A DNA stretch of 64,000 nt from Chrysomallon squamiferum (lineage: Eukaryota > Animalia > Mollusca): contig CM022679.1 in assembly GCA_012295275.1 (NCBI GenBank), positions 28,024,001 through 28,088,000 of the forward strand. Direction: 5' to 3'. Shown one piece after another: positions 1 to 16,873 of the stretch; the stretch's first letter is position 1; every line of letters begins with the position of its first letter. The notes below the pieces were generated by a model. It worked only from the letters and a program-made list of their open reading frames with translations, made no database searches and was not told the origin of the DNA. A program made the position numbers and the translations under genes.

Positions 1-467
1 CGGAAGTACTGATGTAGTGTGAAGACATTCGTAATCACATGTAAAATTTTCTGTCAGATTTTTACGTTTCTCATTTCCTGGTTCATAGACTTTCTGACGC
101 ACTTTTCACACAGTTATCTGTTTTTATAATCTGCTGCTTTATCAATTTATCAAAAAAAATGTTTTTTTACCTTTTATCGGTAAACAACTGAATAATCTCC
201 CTTCTTACGTTTCAACGTTTACCACAACGTTATTAAATCAAAATTCAGAAATGCAAATGTTTCTGGAATGACATGAAAAGAAAATGAATATTACGAAATA
301 TTTAAAGTCAAATCGCATCATTTCACAAATTTTCATTTCTTCGTGGTCGATCATTTTTACGTCACATCTTGTACGAATCAGCGCGTTCAGCAACAAAACA
401 TTACATAACAGAATTACTCAAAAATGCCAACGTACGTTTTACTGGACATGAATTTAACCGAATGTTT

Positions 468-1092
<625 letters not shown>

Positions 1093-2148
1093 GATGTAAA
1101 TGCAATATTATTTAATTATTTCATGCAGCCTTCTCGACAAGAACATAACAGTATTGTCACTGGGATCGAAGTAAGATGTGCTGGTCTTTAAACGAACCAT
1201 AATCGCAAAAAATTGACGAAAGCAGTTATAATTAATTTTGATTGGTTCGTATTATTAATACGTGAGGCAGCTCCGGACAAACAGATACAATTATCGTTAA
1301 TTGGTTGTAGTGTTTTTTATCGTATTTTTAGCACGCAGTAACTTTTTCTCCTTTGATCTTGATGGGTTTACACTAAGATTTTAAAGACCAAAATATAATG
1401 AAATATAAAAATAGTTTAATGTAGTTAAACAACATGTTACAGATGTAACAGTCACAAAATGGAGCAAAAGTAATAAAGAAAAATGTTAAAACCAATCATT
1501 AACACATACACACACCCACAAGTACACATACACACACACACACACGCCTACACGCATTCGTGCTCGATTCAGTTGAAATCTGATTTTATAACTTTAAAAG
1601 AACAAAATGGAAATAAAGATTATTTGGATATTTTAATTTTATTACTGGCTTTTGAATTTAATATTTCTCTCTTTCTTTTTCTTTCGTTCCTTTCTCATTT
1701 CTTTCTTGTCTTCTTTACTTCTTTCTGTCTTAGAAAGAAGGAAAAACCAAATGATATATAAAAAAGAATAATTGTTTTACGTTTGTCTTACGTTTGTCTT
1801 AGAGTTGTCATCCTTTTGGAGTGATGTATTTAAAAATACTGCATGGAAAACAGCACTGAACTTGACTGCGCTGTCAGCATTTGCTTAAAATATCAGTTAA
1901 CAGAAACAAGATTGCTGAGATGTAATATCAGTTAAAATTAGTTTGTAATTAAACAGAAACGTAATTAATTGAGTATATATGAGGTGATGTAAGTATACAA
2001 ACAGTGTGAAAGCTGATATATTGGATCGTCTGATCCCCGATTTACTGAAGTAGCTAGCTCTTATTCTAGGATTATCTCGTCTGTCCGCTACAGAGAGCTT
2101 CGCATGTGATGAATACTAGGATCGATTCGTCTGAGTGAAACCTTTTAC

Positions 2149-2281
2149 ATGATTTGAATATATCTATCTTTGTTGTCTGAATGATTTGAATATATCTATC
2201 TTTGTTGTCTGAATGATTTGAATATATCTATCTTTGTTGTGTGAATGATTTGAATATATCTATCTTTGTTGTCTGAATGAT
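2149..2281. repeat. 32-bp minisatellite, 4 copies
   Basis: Unit ATGATTTGAATATATCTATCTTTGTTGTCTGA at 2149, 2181, 2213 and 2245. Confidence 0.95.
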
Positions 2282-3000
2282 GTTTTAGTTTAAAACACAC
2301 AAACACACACACACACACGTACACAAATAACAAACATTCACGCAAACATCAAAAAGATACACACATTAAATACACATACAAACATTATGCACACAAACAC
2401 ACACATGTACACGCATTCACACACATACACACACAAATAACAAACACACACAGAGACACACAGAGATACACACAGACACACACACAATCTGTTTAATGAA
2501 GTTAAACATTTCTGATTAAACAAAGCTGTATCTGTCTGATTCTCTCTCATCCTGTTTTCAAAGAGTTTATTTTTGACACAGACAAAGCTTTATTCTCTTC
2601 TTACGTTTGTAGATGCCAAATATTTACGATTCTACTGTTACGTGGCAGTTTGTCTGTTACAAATCAGTTACATGAATCTAGTTTCTGAAGTTTATGTGAC
2701 TACAACTGATTTCTCAACGTACACCTGTATTTATTTTGTCAGTTTTGTTACCCAACATCTTTAAGTTTTTGAATCCAGTGCTAAACCCACTAAGACTTTA
2801 ATATATGTATGTCAGGTTGTATGTACTTGTGTATTTGTGAATATAGGTTTTATGTGTGTATGTCTATGCTATATGTATGTGCATGTATGTGTGTATATGT
2901 ATGTAGTTTGTGTGTGTGTATATCTGTGTAAGTGTTTATGTGTGAGTAAGTGTTTGTGCATTTACGAGTCTGCATGAGAATCTATCTGTAGATGTACGTA

Positions 3001-3700
3001 TGTGAATGTGTATCTGTGTATGTGAGTGTGTATCTGTGTATGTGTGTGTATCTGTGTATGTATGTATCTGTGTATGTATGTGTGTGTATCTGGGTATGTG
3101 TGTATCTGTGTATGTGTCTGTATCTGTGTATGTGAGTGTGTATCTGTGTATGTGAGTGTGTATCTGTGTATGTGAGTGTGTATCTGTGTATGTGTGTTTA
3201 TCTGGGTATGTGAGTGTATCTGTGTATGTGAGTGTGTATCTGTGTATGTGTGTGTATCTGTGTATGTGTGTTTATCTGTGTATGTGAGTGTATCTGTGTA
3301 TGTGAGTGTGTATCTGTGTATGTGTGTATCTGTGTATGTGTGTTTATCTGTGTATGTGAGTGTATCTGTGTATGTGAGTGTGTATCTGTGTATGTGAGTG
3401 TGTATTTGTGTATGTGAGTGTGTATCTGTTTATGTGTGTATCTGTGTATGTGAGTGTATATCTGTGTATGTGTGTGTATCTGTATACGTGAGTGTATCTG
3501 TGTATGTGAGTGTGTATCTGTGTATGTGTGTGTATCTGTGTATGTATGTGTGTGTATCTGAGTATGTGTGTATCTGTGTATGTGTCTGTATCTGTGTATG
3601 TGAGTGTGTATCTGTGTATATGTGTATATGATTGTGTATCTGTGTATGTGAGTGTATCTGTGCATGAGTGTGTCTATTTTTGTGTGTATGTGAGTGTATC
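3001..3700. repeat. GT-derived compound minisatellite (16-20 bp units)
   Basis: Repeated GTATCTGTGTATGTGAGTGT variants. Confidence 0.93.
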
Positions 3701-3992
3701 TCTGTTTTATTGTCTGATTATTTGTTAGTTGTGTATATTTGAAGTGTTTCTGTGTGTGTGTATGAGTTTGTCTGTGTGTACCGAGTTAAATGCTTGTTAC
3801 AGAAATACGTAATTAATCACACGTGGGTGAGGTAAACGTAAATGTACGCTTCATTTCACCGATTCACAGACAAAAGAATCAGTTCTGAAAACAAGCCAAG
3901 CAGTTTTTCTTTTTCTTTTCTTTTCTAATCGCAGTCTTCGTAGACGCAAGAATAGGAAAGAGAAATATAAATACAAATTTTATTTTTACTAT

Positions 3993-5562
<1,570 letters not shown>

Positions 5563-8500
5563 GATTAAAGAAGTGGTTGAAGGTAGGTAGAATACATGGT
5601 GGATAGATCAGTAGATAACTAGTTTCTCTCATGACTCAAAGTGTGTTAACTACACATCTAAAGTTTATCTGTGTCAGAGTATTTGATAAACAAAATTATG
5701 ATAGTAGTCTTCCGCCCTCTAATTCTTTATAAAGCTGTTGCTACCGAAATACATTCTATATTTTTATCTATATTTTCTTTAAACTTTTTAAAGCAAAGCT
5801 AGTTTAAGATTCTATAAAAATAGAGATTTTCTTTTTAACTTTGTAAAATATTGAAGTGGTAACCGATATGCTTGTTTCTTCTATATTTTCTAAACCCTCT
5901 ACAGAATTACTTCCATACTTTTATTGATTGTTCTATATTATAGTTTTGTAACGTCAATTATAATGATAATAATAATAAGAAGAAGAAGAAGATCAAGAAC
6001 AACAACAACAACAACAATAATAATAATATAAACTAACATATAACAACAATAACAGTACATGTTTATTTTTAAACTAGGTTACATATAACATCCTGTTCAT
6101 ACATTCGTGATTTATTGTTTGAGTGTTTTGAGCTCAAAATTATTTATAATACAAAATTATAGCTCTGTGTAAGTAATCAGATTATTATACTAAAGCTGAG
6201 GTTAATAAGCTGTGATAAGAACTGTAAAGAAAAAAGAAGCAGGAAACACACAGAAAATTGACTAATTCAATCTTTCCTACAAGCATAATAATGTCAAAAT
6301 AAATTTAAAAAACAATAATCTACTTAGACTGAGTAGCAGAGCGGACCTCACAGAGGTTTATTAGCTTTAGTCTCACAAGTCTACATAATTACACGCAAAT
6401 AATCACATCTGACAACTGGTGTGTATGTATATAATTAAATATGCTGAGAACGAATGTACGTTGAATTTTTTTATGACATTACACAGATCTTTTCTATGTT
6501 CAAAAGATTACAGTTGGATTGGATCAAACATGGACGATTTTCTTCAGTAATTTATTTTTTTTAATTTATTTTTATTTATTTATTAAAGGGTTTTTTTTGG
6601 GGGGGTTGTTTTATTTGAACTGATCACATCTCAGTAATATTCAGTAGACATTTCTTTTGTTCAGTGATTTAATGTTCGTCTTAATTTTCATAAACATATT
6701 TTTACACGAACAGACATTAATATCAGTCTGGAAGTATTTTTATTAATGTGAATTTTGGTTTGTATGTTTTTATATATGTATATTAGTGTATTTAAGTAAA
6801 CAGCTTTGTGTGTATGTCTCTATATGTGTGTGTGTGTTTCGTGTATGTGATTTTGTATTTGTGTTACTGTATTTATCTATCTGTTCATCTATATATCTAT
6901 CCGTCCATCTATATATCTATCCATATGTATATATGTTTGTATGTATGTATGTATGTATGAATGTACGTGTATTCATAAAATAAATCTTTCCAATTTATAT
7001 AAAACGCTGAAGAAGTGATACAAACGTATCTTACAGACGTAATATTGTAAAATATAAAACTCTTATAACGGAGAAAACACGTGTCACGTGTGTATTATAT
7101 TTTTGTATCCGCTGATATCTTTGAAGTTTAAAACTGCTGATTATAGAGTATTTCTGTACAGTAGTCCCAGTGTATAATTTTAGTAACCAGAGTTGTCTTT
7201 ATTACGCTTTCAGTGTTTGTGATATTAATTTAAACAGATATAGTTCAAGTTTTAGTAAACTTTTATAAAACTGTGTTAGTTTATGTTTGTCTCTTTGAGC
7301 GTCTCTCCGTGTTAGTCTATACTGCTTGTTCGTGCGTATGTGTATATGTGTGTGTGTCTGTGTATATGTGTGTGTGTGTCTGTGTATATGTGTGCGTGTG
7401 TCTGTGTATAGGTAGGTAGATACATACATACACATACACCCATACGCACGTAACAAATATTTTGTTTATATTTGTAGGTTATGTAGTTATGTATGTACGT
7501 ATTTACGTATATATATGTGTGTGTTTGTGTGTGCGTGTGTCCGTGTGTGTATTTGTGTGTAAGTGTGTTTGTATGTATGCTGAAATGACACCTTGGTTAA
7601 AATGCCTATTTTCAGTTTAGAAATTTACACATTTTAAATTTATGTAATATTTAGATACACCTATTGTCAGTTCGTTCAGCCAGCAATACTCACACAAAAC
7701 TACTCGTTCATCTGACAAGTCACAGAGAAAGTTTGGACATTTTTATATGATCATTTATATACACAGTTATTTGCGCCAGCAGCTGAAAAACAAATAGCGG
7801 GAAAATACGGAGTAAAACTTTTTATGGTCAAGGCGTGGATCTGAAATGCAAAATTAACCTGACAGTTTTATTAAAGATTTAAATATGAGAATAACAGCAG
7901 AAGAGCAAATTGTAGTAAAACACAGAGTAAAACTTGCGCTAGACAAGGCAATAGAAATAAACTGCAAGATTACCAGAAACCTTTTCACTTCGCTTTTTTA
8001 CGACTGTGTTTCCCATCAGTCACCGCTACCCGATACGTCAGATAACGAGGCTGGTGTGAGAGACATTTAACATCAATACGTCACAGCCAGACGCGAAAAG
8101 TTTTCATCTTCCAGGTCGTTGTCCCGTGTTTAAATTCTGACAAGACTTTTTACTGCTTCATTTCGACTCTTCACGGTGATAAAGCACTCCACTGCTATCG
8201 GTCCGACACCGTGAACAATAGCAACGCGTCTGTTTCGCCGGTTTCTTTTAATGAAATGTCGTTCCTTTCGTAACATTTGCTCCGTCCGATTAGCGGCTGC
8301 GTGTATCTTAATGTCAGGCTTCATCTGCGCCGCTTATCGTTAAAACTACTGACACAAAGTCTGAAAGATACCGCGCTGCAGATAAGCGTAAGAAAAAATC
8401 ATAAAAGAATGAGTCTCGATGATGTACCGTCTTCCAGGAGAGCGGGCAAATAAATAAATAAATAAATATAAAAATAAATAAATAAATATTAAAAAATATA

Positions 8501-8850
8501 TATATATTAATAAAATAACTGATACAGCCCAAATTACTTTTTTGTTACAGGTCAGTATCCATGCTAAGTTTAAGACAATATAGATATCTCTGTACGTGCT
8601 ACAGATTAACAGAATTATCTGTGAAACAGATAAACGTGATTCAAACCTTTAAAACTATCTTAATGACTCTGTGATGTTTGCCAGTTTTCTCTTTCTAGTT
8701 GTAAGCTGTGTAACGTGTTAGGAAGAATCACCCAAGGAAATAAGTACAGCGACTGTCTCATGTGTTTAGGATGTTATACTTTAATCAAAATATAAACAAA
8801 TAGTAACAATAATAATAATAATAAATAATAATAATAATTATAAATAATAA

Positions 8851-8886
<36 letters not shown>

Positions 8887-9807
8887 CAAAAAAAACAAGA
8901 AAATAAAATGTTAAAATGAAATTAAAATTGTTTTGTTGTTATTGTTGTTGTTGCTTGTTGTTGTTGTTGTTGTTGTTGTTGTTATTGCTGAAACCTGGCA
9001 CTGACATTGCATGACTTAGGATTCTTCTTTCAGAGCCGTTTTGTATTTATTACATCGTGTTTTCTTTTTTCTTTTTTTCCCCTACCTATATACATGACAT
9101 GCCTATAATTATACATACATACACACACATACATACATATATACCCACATATATACATATATGCATATGCATATACATACCTACAACATACATACAAACA
9201 TACATTCCTAAATACATAAATCTATACATTATATATCATACACATGTTCAGACATATATATATACATACATACATACATACATACATACCTGCCTTTGCC
9301 AGGTTTTCCACAAAAAAACAAAGAAACGCAAAAATGACGAAAGACAAAGAACAGTCTCTTATATTCTCAAACATCTGAGTACTTTCTGAAAGCAGTCGAC
9401 ACATTACGTCTGCTTTTAATCACTCTACAGTAATTAGATTACAACACATTTACATATCTGAAGACGATCGTACGGTGTCTCTCTGTGTGTCTGTAACACA
9501 AGACAGATCTCTTATTTTCCAGTTCCAAAGGATCGTATCAGGCAAAAGAGTTTTACAGGAAGAGTGCGATAAGAAAAGTCTGGCATCACAATAGTTGTCG
9601 ATGTTAAGTAACTTTGGCGCTCTTGGAAATAACAGAGTTGGAGAAAACAGTACATTGAACATGAACAATCCAGCTGGGCTTTTGGAAGTATTACATTAAA
9701 GTGTTTTCTCTCTCACCCGTCTATATGTGTGTGTGTATGTCTGTCTGTGTGTATGAATGCGGATGTCTGTATATATGAGAGAGGGAGAGAGAGAGAGGAG
9801 AGAGAGG

Positions 9808-9913
<106 letters not shown>

Positions 9914-11193
9914 AATCATTTGGCGATTCTTACGTAATATTAGTCAAAATTAAAGTTATGGAATTTCTTTAAAATGTCTGATGAATGAACCGTCTTCATC
10001 AAACACGTGTAGTTTCCGCGTGCTACTTCATCTTTTATCCCGCTAGGATAACATGACGCATGAGAAGAGCACGGAAACAGTGAAGTAATGGGGGAGCTAA
10101 TGACGTCATACTGTTACTAAAGTGGCAGGGGAAGTAAAACAAATTGTACCGAGAGGATTTTTTTTGCATCTAAACCTGAACGTGGTGCCAGAACGCAAGA
10201 ATTCAGAGAACAATACCAGTCTTTGGTTTGTTATTCTAATTAGAATGTTCTTCAAAATGTCAGATGTTTCCCAGACTCGCTAACTACATGTATTGCTTGA
10301 TGAATTGAGCCAGTAATGAAAAAACAAGAAGATGTTGGGGTGAAAGGAATTCAGTGGATTAGCTAAATGGCAAGTTTTTGAAACAAAAAAAGACATATGT
10401 TGATTATTTTATATATAATATCAGGTATAATTAGGCATGTTCTAAACTGTAGTATAACATTACAAATCTAAAGACTGAAAAAGTCTCTTTATGATTAACT
10501 ACATTCTTCTCTGTCGTTTACATTTTTGTAACAGTCTACAAAATAATTTAAGCAACAAAATAAATAAACAAATAAATAATAGTAATAATAATAATAATAA
10601 TACACATATGTAAAAAACTGCATTCGAAAAACGGATAGACAATGATAAAAACGCACACAGACAGAAAGCTGTTGACTTTTGCTGAGGACTGGCTGTTTGG
10701 TTGTTTGTTGTTGTTTTGTTCTTTTTGTTGCTTGTTTGTTATTTGTTTTTGGGTTTTTTTGGGGGTGTTGTTTTTTTTTGTTATTTTGGGGGCGCGTTGG
10801 GTATTTTTTATTTGTTGTTGTTGTTGTTTTATTTGTCTGGGGTTTTTGGGGGTTGTTTGTTTGTTTGTTTGTTTATTTATTTATTTATTTATTTATTTAT
10901 TATATATTTATTTATTTATTAATATTGACTTTAATTAATTATAGTAAATAAATACATAAAAGGGAAACAACTTTTTAAGACTAATTATCCTTAGAGTGAA
11001 AAGAATTGTTTCCCTTGCGCAGCTTTAATAATTATATTAATAAAATGTAAAAAGAAACATTTTTAGTTTGAATTGTTTCCCTTTGAGAATTGTTGTTGTT
11101 GTTGTTGTTTGTTTTGTATTTTGTTTTTCTTTCAGGCCGATAAAGATTTTTACTGATCTCAGAAAAACATAAGTCTGCAATATAAGTGTGTGC

Positions 11194-11268
<75 letters not shown>

Positions 11269-12472
11269 CAGCAACAGCAACAACATATTTTTTAAATTTA
11301 TTTATTTGTTTATTGATTTACTTTTTTGTTTGTTTTTTATGTTTGTTCGTTTAATTATTTATTTGTATTGACGTGTATTATATATGCTTATTTACATCTT
11401 ATTTGTTTTAAAAGAAATATATTTGTTTTACAGCATCGTTGTAAAACTAATATTCGTACTGGTTTAGCCTTAGGCAGGTTCATAGATTGGTAATAACAGT
11501 TTGCTGCTTGGTCAGGTAAGGTTGAGAAATAAAAATAATTCATTTGATAAACTATCTGAAGACAACTCGTATAGAAAATAGCATCTTCGTGAATTTCGAG
11601 ATGGCGCTTTACTACAAATTAAATTACAAATGTAATAACCAGTCTTTGATTTTTGTTGTAAAATTGCAATTACACAGGTTTTGGGAAATTATGGATTTTA
11701 TGTATTGTATATTTTCAGCAGATTTGTACTTGTCGGTCGAAGATGCTTAAAGCCACGAATTACACAGACTTACGCGTGCAAAAAGTCATGGCACTGATTA
11801 ATGGAATTCTTTACTGAATATTTGTATATTTACGAGAAAAAACGTGTTGTTTTTTAAAAATGAGTAAAGCAAGGTTTGTCTTCATGGACTGCTGTGGCTG
11901 ACAACTGTCTCGTCATCTTCTGAACAGACGAGGAAAAACAAAGAAAACAAATACACAAAGGTAAAAAAATAATAATAACTGTTTTTTTTAAATTATTTTT
12001 AAAGTAAAAAATAACAGAACTACACATATTCTGAGAGACAAAAACGATTTAAATGATATTTGTAGAAGATGCAGGAAAGAAAAAAGTGTTTTTTGTTTGT
12101 TTGACAAATTATTTATGACAAAGGTTTTGTGAAGAATGTGCAGACAGAAAACTCTTAATTCAGCTTGTGTGGTTATACCTGGATATAACCAGCCAGTTCC
12201 AGTTTATAAACCTTAACGAATCATAGTAGTAGCAGACACAATGTGTGTTTTTCTTCCTCTTTATTTATTGTTTTAATAATAATTTTTAATAATTAATTAT
12301 TTTTAGTTATGATTGTCACAATAAGAATTTTGCTAATATTTTGAAAGAAATAAAAATACCTTCCATTTGAAAAATATAAATTATTTTTCAAATGTAGATG
12401 TTTTAATCTCTTTTTTTAAATATATCTATATATTAATTATTTTTTAATTATTTTTATCTTTATTTTTATTCT

Positions 12473-12565
<93 letters not shown>

Positions 12566-12836
12566 TTTATTATTTTTTTTAATACTGTTTTATGTTTATT
12601 TTTTTTTTTTTTTTTTTTTTTTTCTTTCTTCTTTCATAAAATTCATTGTTTATTAGTTGTTTAAAATGAGAGAAATAATTTAGGTGAAAAATAGTAATAA
12701 TAAATATTGGCTTCGGGTAAAAGAGATTATACTTATTTCAGCTGATGTTGAATTGTCTGGGTAATCATTGTCCTGAACTAACAAATGGCATAAGTTATGT
12801 CTCAGTTTACTCAGTTACAATAAACAAGCCCGGACT

Positions 12837-13053
12837 CGGAAGTGAGGCTAGGGTCACGTGTCGGTCTGCAGGCTGCGTGATTGGATGAAATACGTTTTAC
12901 ATTATTTTCTCGAGTATTTGTCGTAAACTTAGCAGCAGCAGGAACCAAATCATTGCGCAGCCTCGACAGCTCTTAACATTATTTGTGTTGAAAGACACGA
13001 GCTTGCCTGACCATTCTGTAGATCTTGGATCTGCGCCTGCACTTCCCCACGCC
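12837..13053. promoter_or_regulatory. Promoter/enhancer-like motif cluster
   Basis: CGGAAGTG (ETS) 12837-12844, GTCACGTG (E-box) 12853-12860, GATTGG (reverse CCAAT) 12879-12884, TGCGCCTGCA 13032-13041 and CCCCACGCC 13045-13053, in a GC/CpG-richer patch. Confidence 0.35.
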
Positions 13054-13621
13054 AGTAACAAAAAGTGTTAATTTTATATTAATACAAGTCCTTCTTTTAA
13101 TACATATAAACATTTTTCAGTACTGCAACATAAAGCAGCCTCAAAGAACAAAGCAGTAACAATTTCCCTCCCCCAGTTATCGTTCTTATTTGATATTGTC
13201 AAACTTTGTGTTGATGATTTTATGGTAGAGTCACAGTAAATATTATTTATGAAAAAAGAAAGAATGTTATACAAATCTTCAGAGTTGTGAATAATCAATG
13301 TTGTTATCATTGTCATCATCGTTAATTAATTTATTATAGTTATCATTTCCATTCTTCCTCTTTTCTTCTTCTTCTCATTATTATTATTGTTGCTGTTGTT
13401 GTTGTTAATCGTAACCTTAATTTTTTTTATTTGAATGTTGTTTTTGTTTTGCTTTTTTCTTCATCCTTCTTTTTTTTTTTTATTCTTTTTTTTAGATATC
13501 TATTAAAAACTTGTTTTCACACCACATTATATAATGATCTTGATTAAACTTCATCTCACAGTTTTACTGTCGTTCACTGTTACTGACACGTGTTTTGTAA
13601 CAACAGTGTGAAACACGAGTG

Positions 13622-13669
<48 letters not shown>

Positions 13670-13780
13670 TAGTTTGAATAACTGTCAAACTCGTCAATGC
13701 CTGGCCTTGCACATTTCATACGTTATTTCAGTACAAATTAAAATAATCAATTCCAGAAAGTGTCACCATTAAAAGTGATC

Positions 13781-13908
13781 AGCGGATACCATATCTGATT
13801 CATAAACAGCGGATATCGTATCTGATTCATAAAGCGGATATCATATCTGATTCTTAAAGCGGATATCATATCTGATTCATAAAGCAGATATCATATCTGA
13901 TTCATAAA
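13781..13908. repeat. 25-bp minisatellite, 5 copies
   Basis: Unit AGCGGATATCATATCTGATTCATAA with an internal quasi-palindrome GATAT-C-ATATC. Confidence 0.93.
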
Positions 13909-14075
13909 CTGCGACGATCTAGAAAAAAATTATAAATTATGAAAACGTTGGATCATCTGAGTCCTGGAACTTCAGTACTGTACTTCATCAAACCAGAGAT
14001 GTTTGAATCACTGAGTGTTATTTTTGAACAAAACAAGAATCCAATGCATGGACGTTTTCAGACGGCGTTGTAACA

Positions 14076-14208
14076 GTTCACGTGTTTCATTACTGATAAC
14101 TTGAATCTTCTCTCACAGAATACATTGCTTGTTTGTATCCTGTTCACGTGTTTCATTCCTGATAACTTGAATATTCTTTCACAGAATACATTGCTTGTTT
14201 GCATCCTG
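14076..14208. repeat. 66-bp tandem duplication
   Basis: GTTCACGTGTTTCATT...GAATACATTGCTTGTTTG.ATCCT at 14076 and 14142, with a few mismatches. Confidence 0.9.
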
Positions 14209-14471
14209 TCTCCTTTTTAAGAATGTCAAGTTTATATGTTTATTTTTTGTTTGTTTGTTGTTTTGGTTTTTTCGATCTTTCCAATATGATGTCCATAAAT
14301 TTCAGTTTAATGTATCTGTTTCAATAAAAAGACATTTCCATTTATATCATGTGTTTATTTTGGTTGTTGTTGCCATTGTGTGTGTGTATGTATGTGTGTA
14401 TATTTATGTATGTATGATGAAGATGATGATTATAATAACAACATTAAGAATGATAGATACTAATACAATCA

Positions 14472-14592
<121 letters not shown>

Positions 14593-15210
14593 TCCGACAT
14601 TAATAATGATAATAATAATATAAAAAAACAAACAATAACGATAACAACAATGCTAATTAGAAAAGTAATAGTAATTATGCAGTGGAATGTGAATAAGTAA
14701 TGAATGTTTATCTGACACTCTCTGAAGATGTGTGGTGTGAATTCAGTAATTTTAATATTTAATGTTTATATTCATTTAATGTCATTCAGCTCTTCAGGCC
14801 TCCTTTCTCTTATATTTTATGTCCCTGTTTGTCTCTATTGCTGTACATCTGTATGTATATATGTATGTATGTTTGTATGTATGTATGTGTGTATGTATGT
14901 ATATATGTATGAATGTTTGTATGTATGTATGTTTTTATGTATGTATGTATGTATGTTTGTATGTATGTATGTATGTATGTATGTTTGTATGTATGTATGT
15001 ATGTATGTATGTATGTATGTATATATGTATGTATATATGTAAGTATGTGTGTATACGCTTTATCTGATGTATGGATGCTAAAGACAACTTTATCTGTTTA
15101 AACAGGTAATAAGATTTGATGTAGATTCACAGTTGTTTAACCAGTCAGATGTGTGTTGTATCTCGCTGACACGTGTAAAATGACAGAGCAGCCTGTCTGT
15201 CAAACATGTG

Positions 15211-15545
15211 ATTACATCTTTACATTTCACACATTTCTCAAATCACACAGCATAATTACATCTTTACATATCACACATTTCTCAAATCACACAGCATAAT
15301 TACATCTTTACATTTCACACATTTCTCAAATCACACAGCATAATTACATCTTTACATTTCACACATTTCTCAAATCACACAGCATAATTACATTTTTACA
15401 TTTCACACATTTCTCAAATCACACAGCATAATTTTTACATATCATCTTTCACACAGCATTTCATCACATTTTTCTCAAATCACACAGCATAATTACATCT
15501 TTACCATTTCTCAAATCACACAGCATTTTCATTTTTACATTTCAA
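15211..15545. repeat. 44-bp minisatellite, 5 clean copies plus scrambled partial copies
   Basis: Unit ATTACATCTTTACATTTCACACATTTCTCAAATCACACAGCATA. Confidence 0.93.
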
Positions 15546-15634
15546 AGATAAATCTTTACATTTCATCTCGAATTACACTCCATTACGTTTTTCACAAAGA
15601 TAAATCTCCTGATCTCGAGAAAGAAAAATAAATA

Positions 15635-15665
<31 letters not shown>

Positions 15666-16266
15666 AAATTTAGTTATTTATTTATTTTACAAAAGATAAA
15701 CAAGTAAATAAATAATCAAATTAAAACAAATCAAAGAATGAATGAATAAACTAACTTAAATAAATAAATAAATAAATAAATAAACAGAGAAGTTCAACAA
15801 AAACAACAATTGGGGTATCGTGTCTTATTTTTCCTGTTTCCTTTTATTTTTTGAATTTATCATAAATTTTCATTTTGAAGTCGAAACGTCTTCTTTTCAG
15901 TGTATGATGTTAAACTTATATATTTTCACTTTCTACACGATTTACATTTGTCTTCATTTTAAAATTAGAAAGGCAGTAATGTAAATATTGTTTCCGTTTT
16001 CTTTTTTCTTGAATAATCAAAATTATCTTTTTCAGATGTATATATTTTATACATGTAACATGCGTTACAGCAGCGTAATTTGCTTAATTATAGAAACATC
16101 TAGCAATCTTCATGTTTCTCCATCCACAATTCACTTTGCATTGATTTTTTATATCCAGATTGCCAGCTGCATTCTGCTGATATTTACTGTCACAACGTCT
16201 TGTAAATTCCTCATATTTAGACCAGTCGCGTTTTTTCTTCATCTTGTTTAAACCAGTCGAACTTTG

Positions 16267-16456
16267 TTTATTTGTCATTTTTCAAACAAGCACCTTTTTA
16301 TTTCTAATCACATTTTGACTGGTCCTCAAATCTGAGGCCAGTAGTAACTTGTTACCAAGCTGGATTTTAACATTTATAACCGAAATGTTTCATTTCTTAT
16401 TTAACAGGTCACAATATATTTTCACTAGTTGAGAAATCGCGATGTGTACGTTTAAT
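16267..16456 (-). terminator. Candidate polyadenylation signals of the GPCR
   Basis: ATTAAA at 16456-16451 and AATAAA at 16302-16297 and 16272-16267 on the minus strand, 170-360 nt after the stop. Such hexamers are common in AT-rich DNA. Confidence 0.25.
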
Positions 16457-16627
16457 CCATGTTTTTATATGCAGACTCCTGCAAAACAACAGACGCACAC
16501 TTTTTCTTCTACCATTGTAAACTATCTAATCTCTTGTCGTTGTTGTTGTTGATGTTGATGTTGTTGATTACTGTTTCTCATACAGATGACGTCACTTCGT
16601 GTTTGAATGGCTGACAGAAGAGAGGTG

Positions 16628-16873
16628 CTAGGGGAGTGAGTGTGGTTCTAGGTAACACCTCAGGGGCAGGGAATGATGGGCGTCTCCGTTCTGCCACAGT
16701 CTGTGTCGGTCTCGTTGTTTCTCGCCCAGGCTGTCGGTTTTGGCGTCTGATAAAACACAGCTGTATGTTAAGTTGACGTGGTTGTCGCCCGTTTTCCAGC
16801 GTCTGGCGCCTGGTCTGTACCGCAACGACGTCCTATAACACGGACAACTGTACACCAAGTGTTTTAGATCCGC
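16628..16873 (-). CDS. Same GPCR, last coding exon (aa 341-421: helix 8 and C-terminal tail)
   Basis: Acceptor ctttgctctgttttacag|GCG GAT CTA gives NDSFR|ADLKHLV (helix 8), followed by CPC (candidate palmitoylation sites) and a Ser/Thr-containing tail. TAG at 16630-16628. GC-richer than the flanks. Confidence 0.9.
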   Translation of the reverse strand, partial: ADLKHLVYSCPCYRTSLRYRPGARRWKTGDNHVNLTYSCVLSDAKTDSLGEKQRDRHRLWQNGDAHHSLPLRCYLEPHSLP

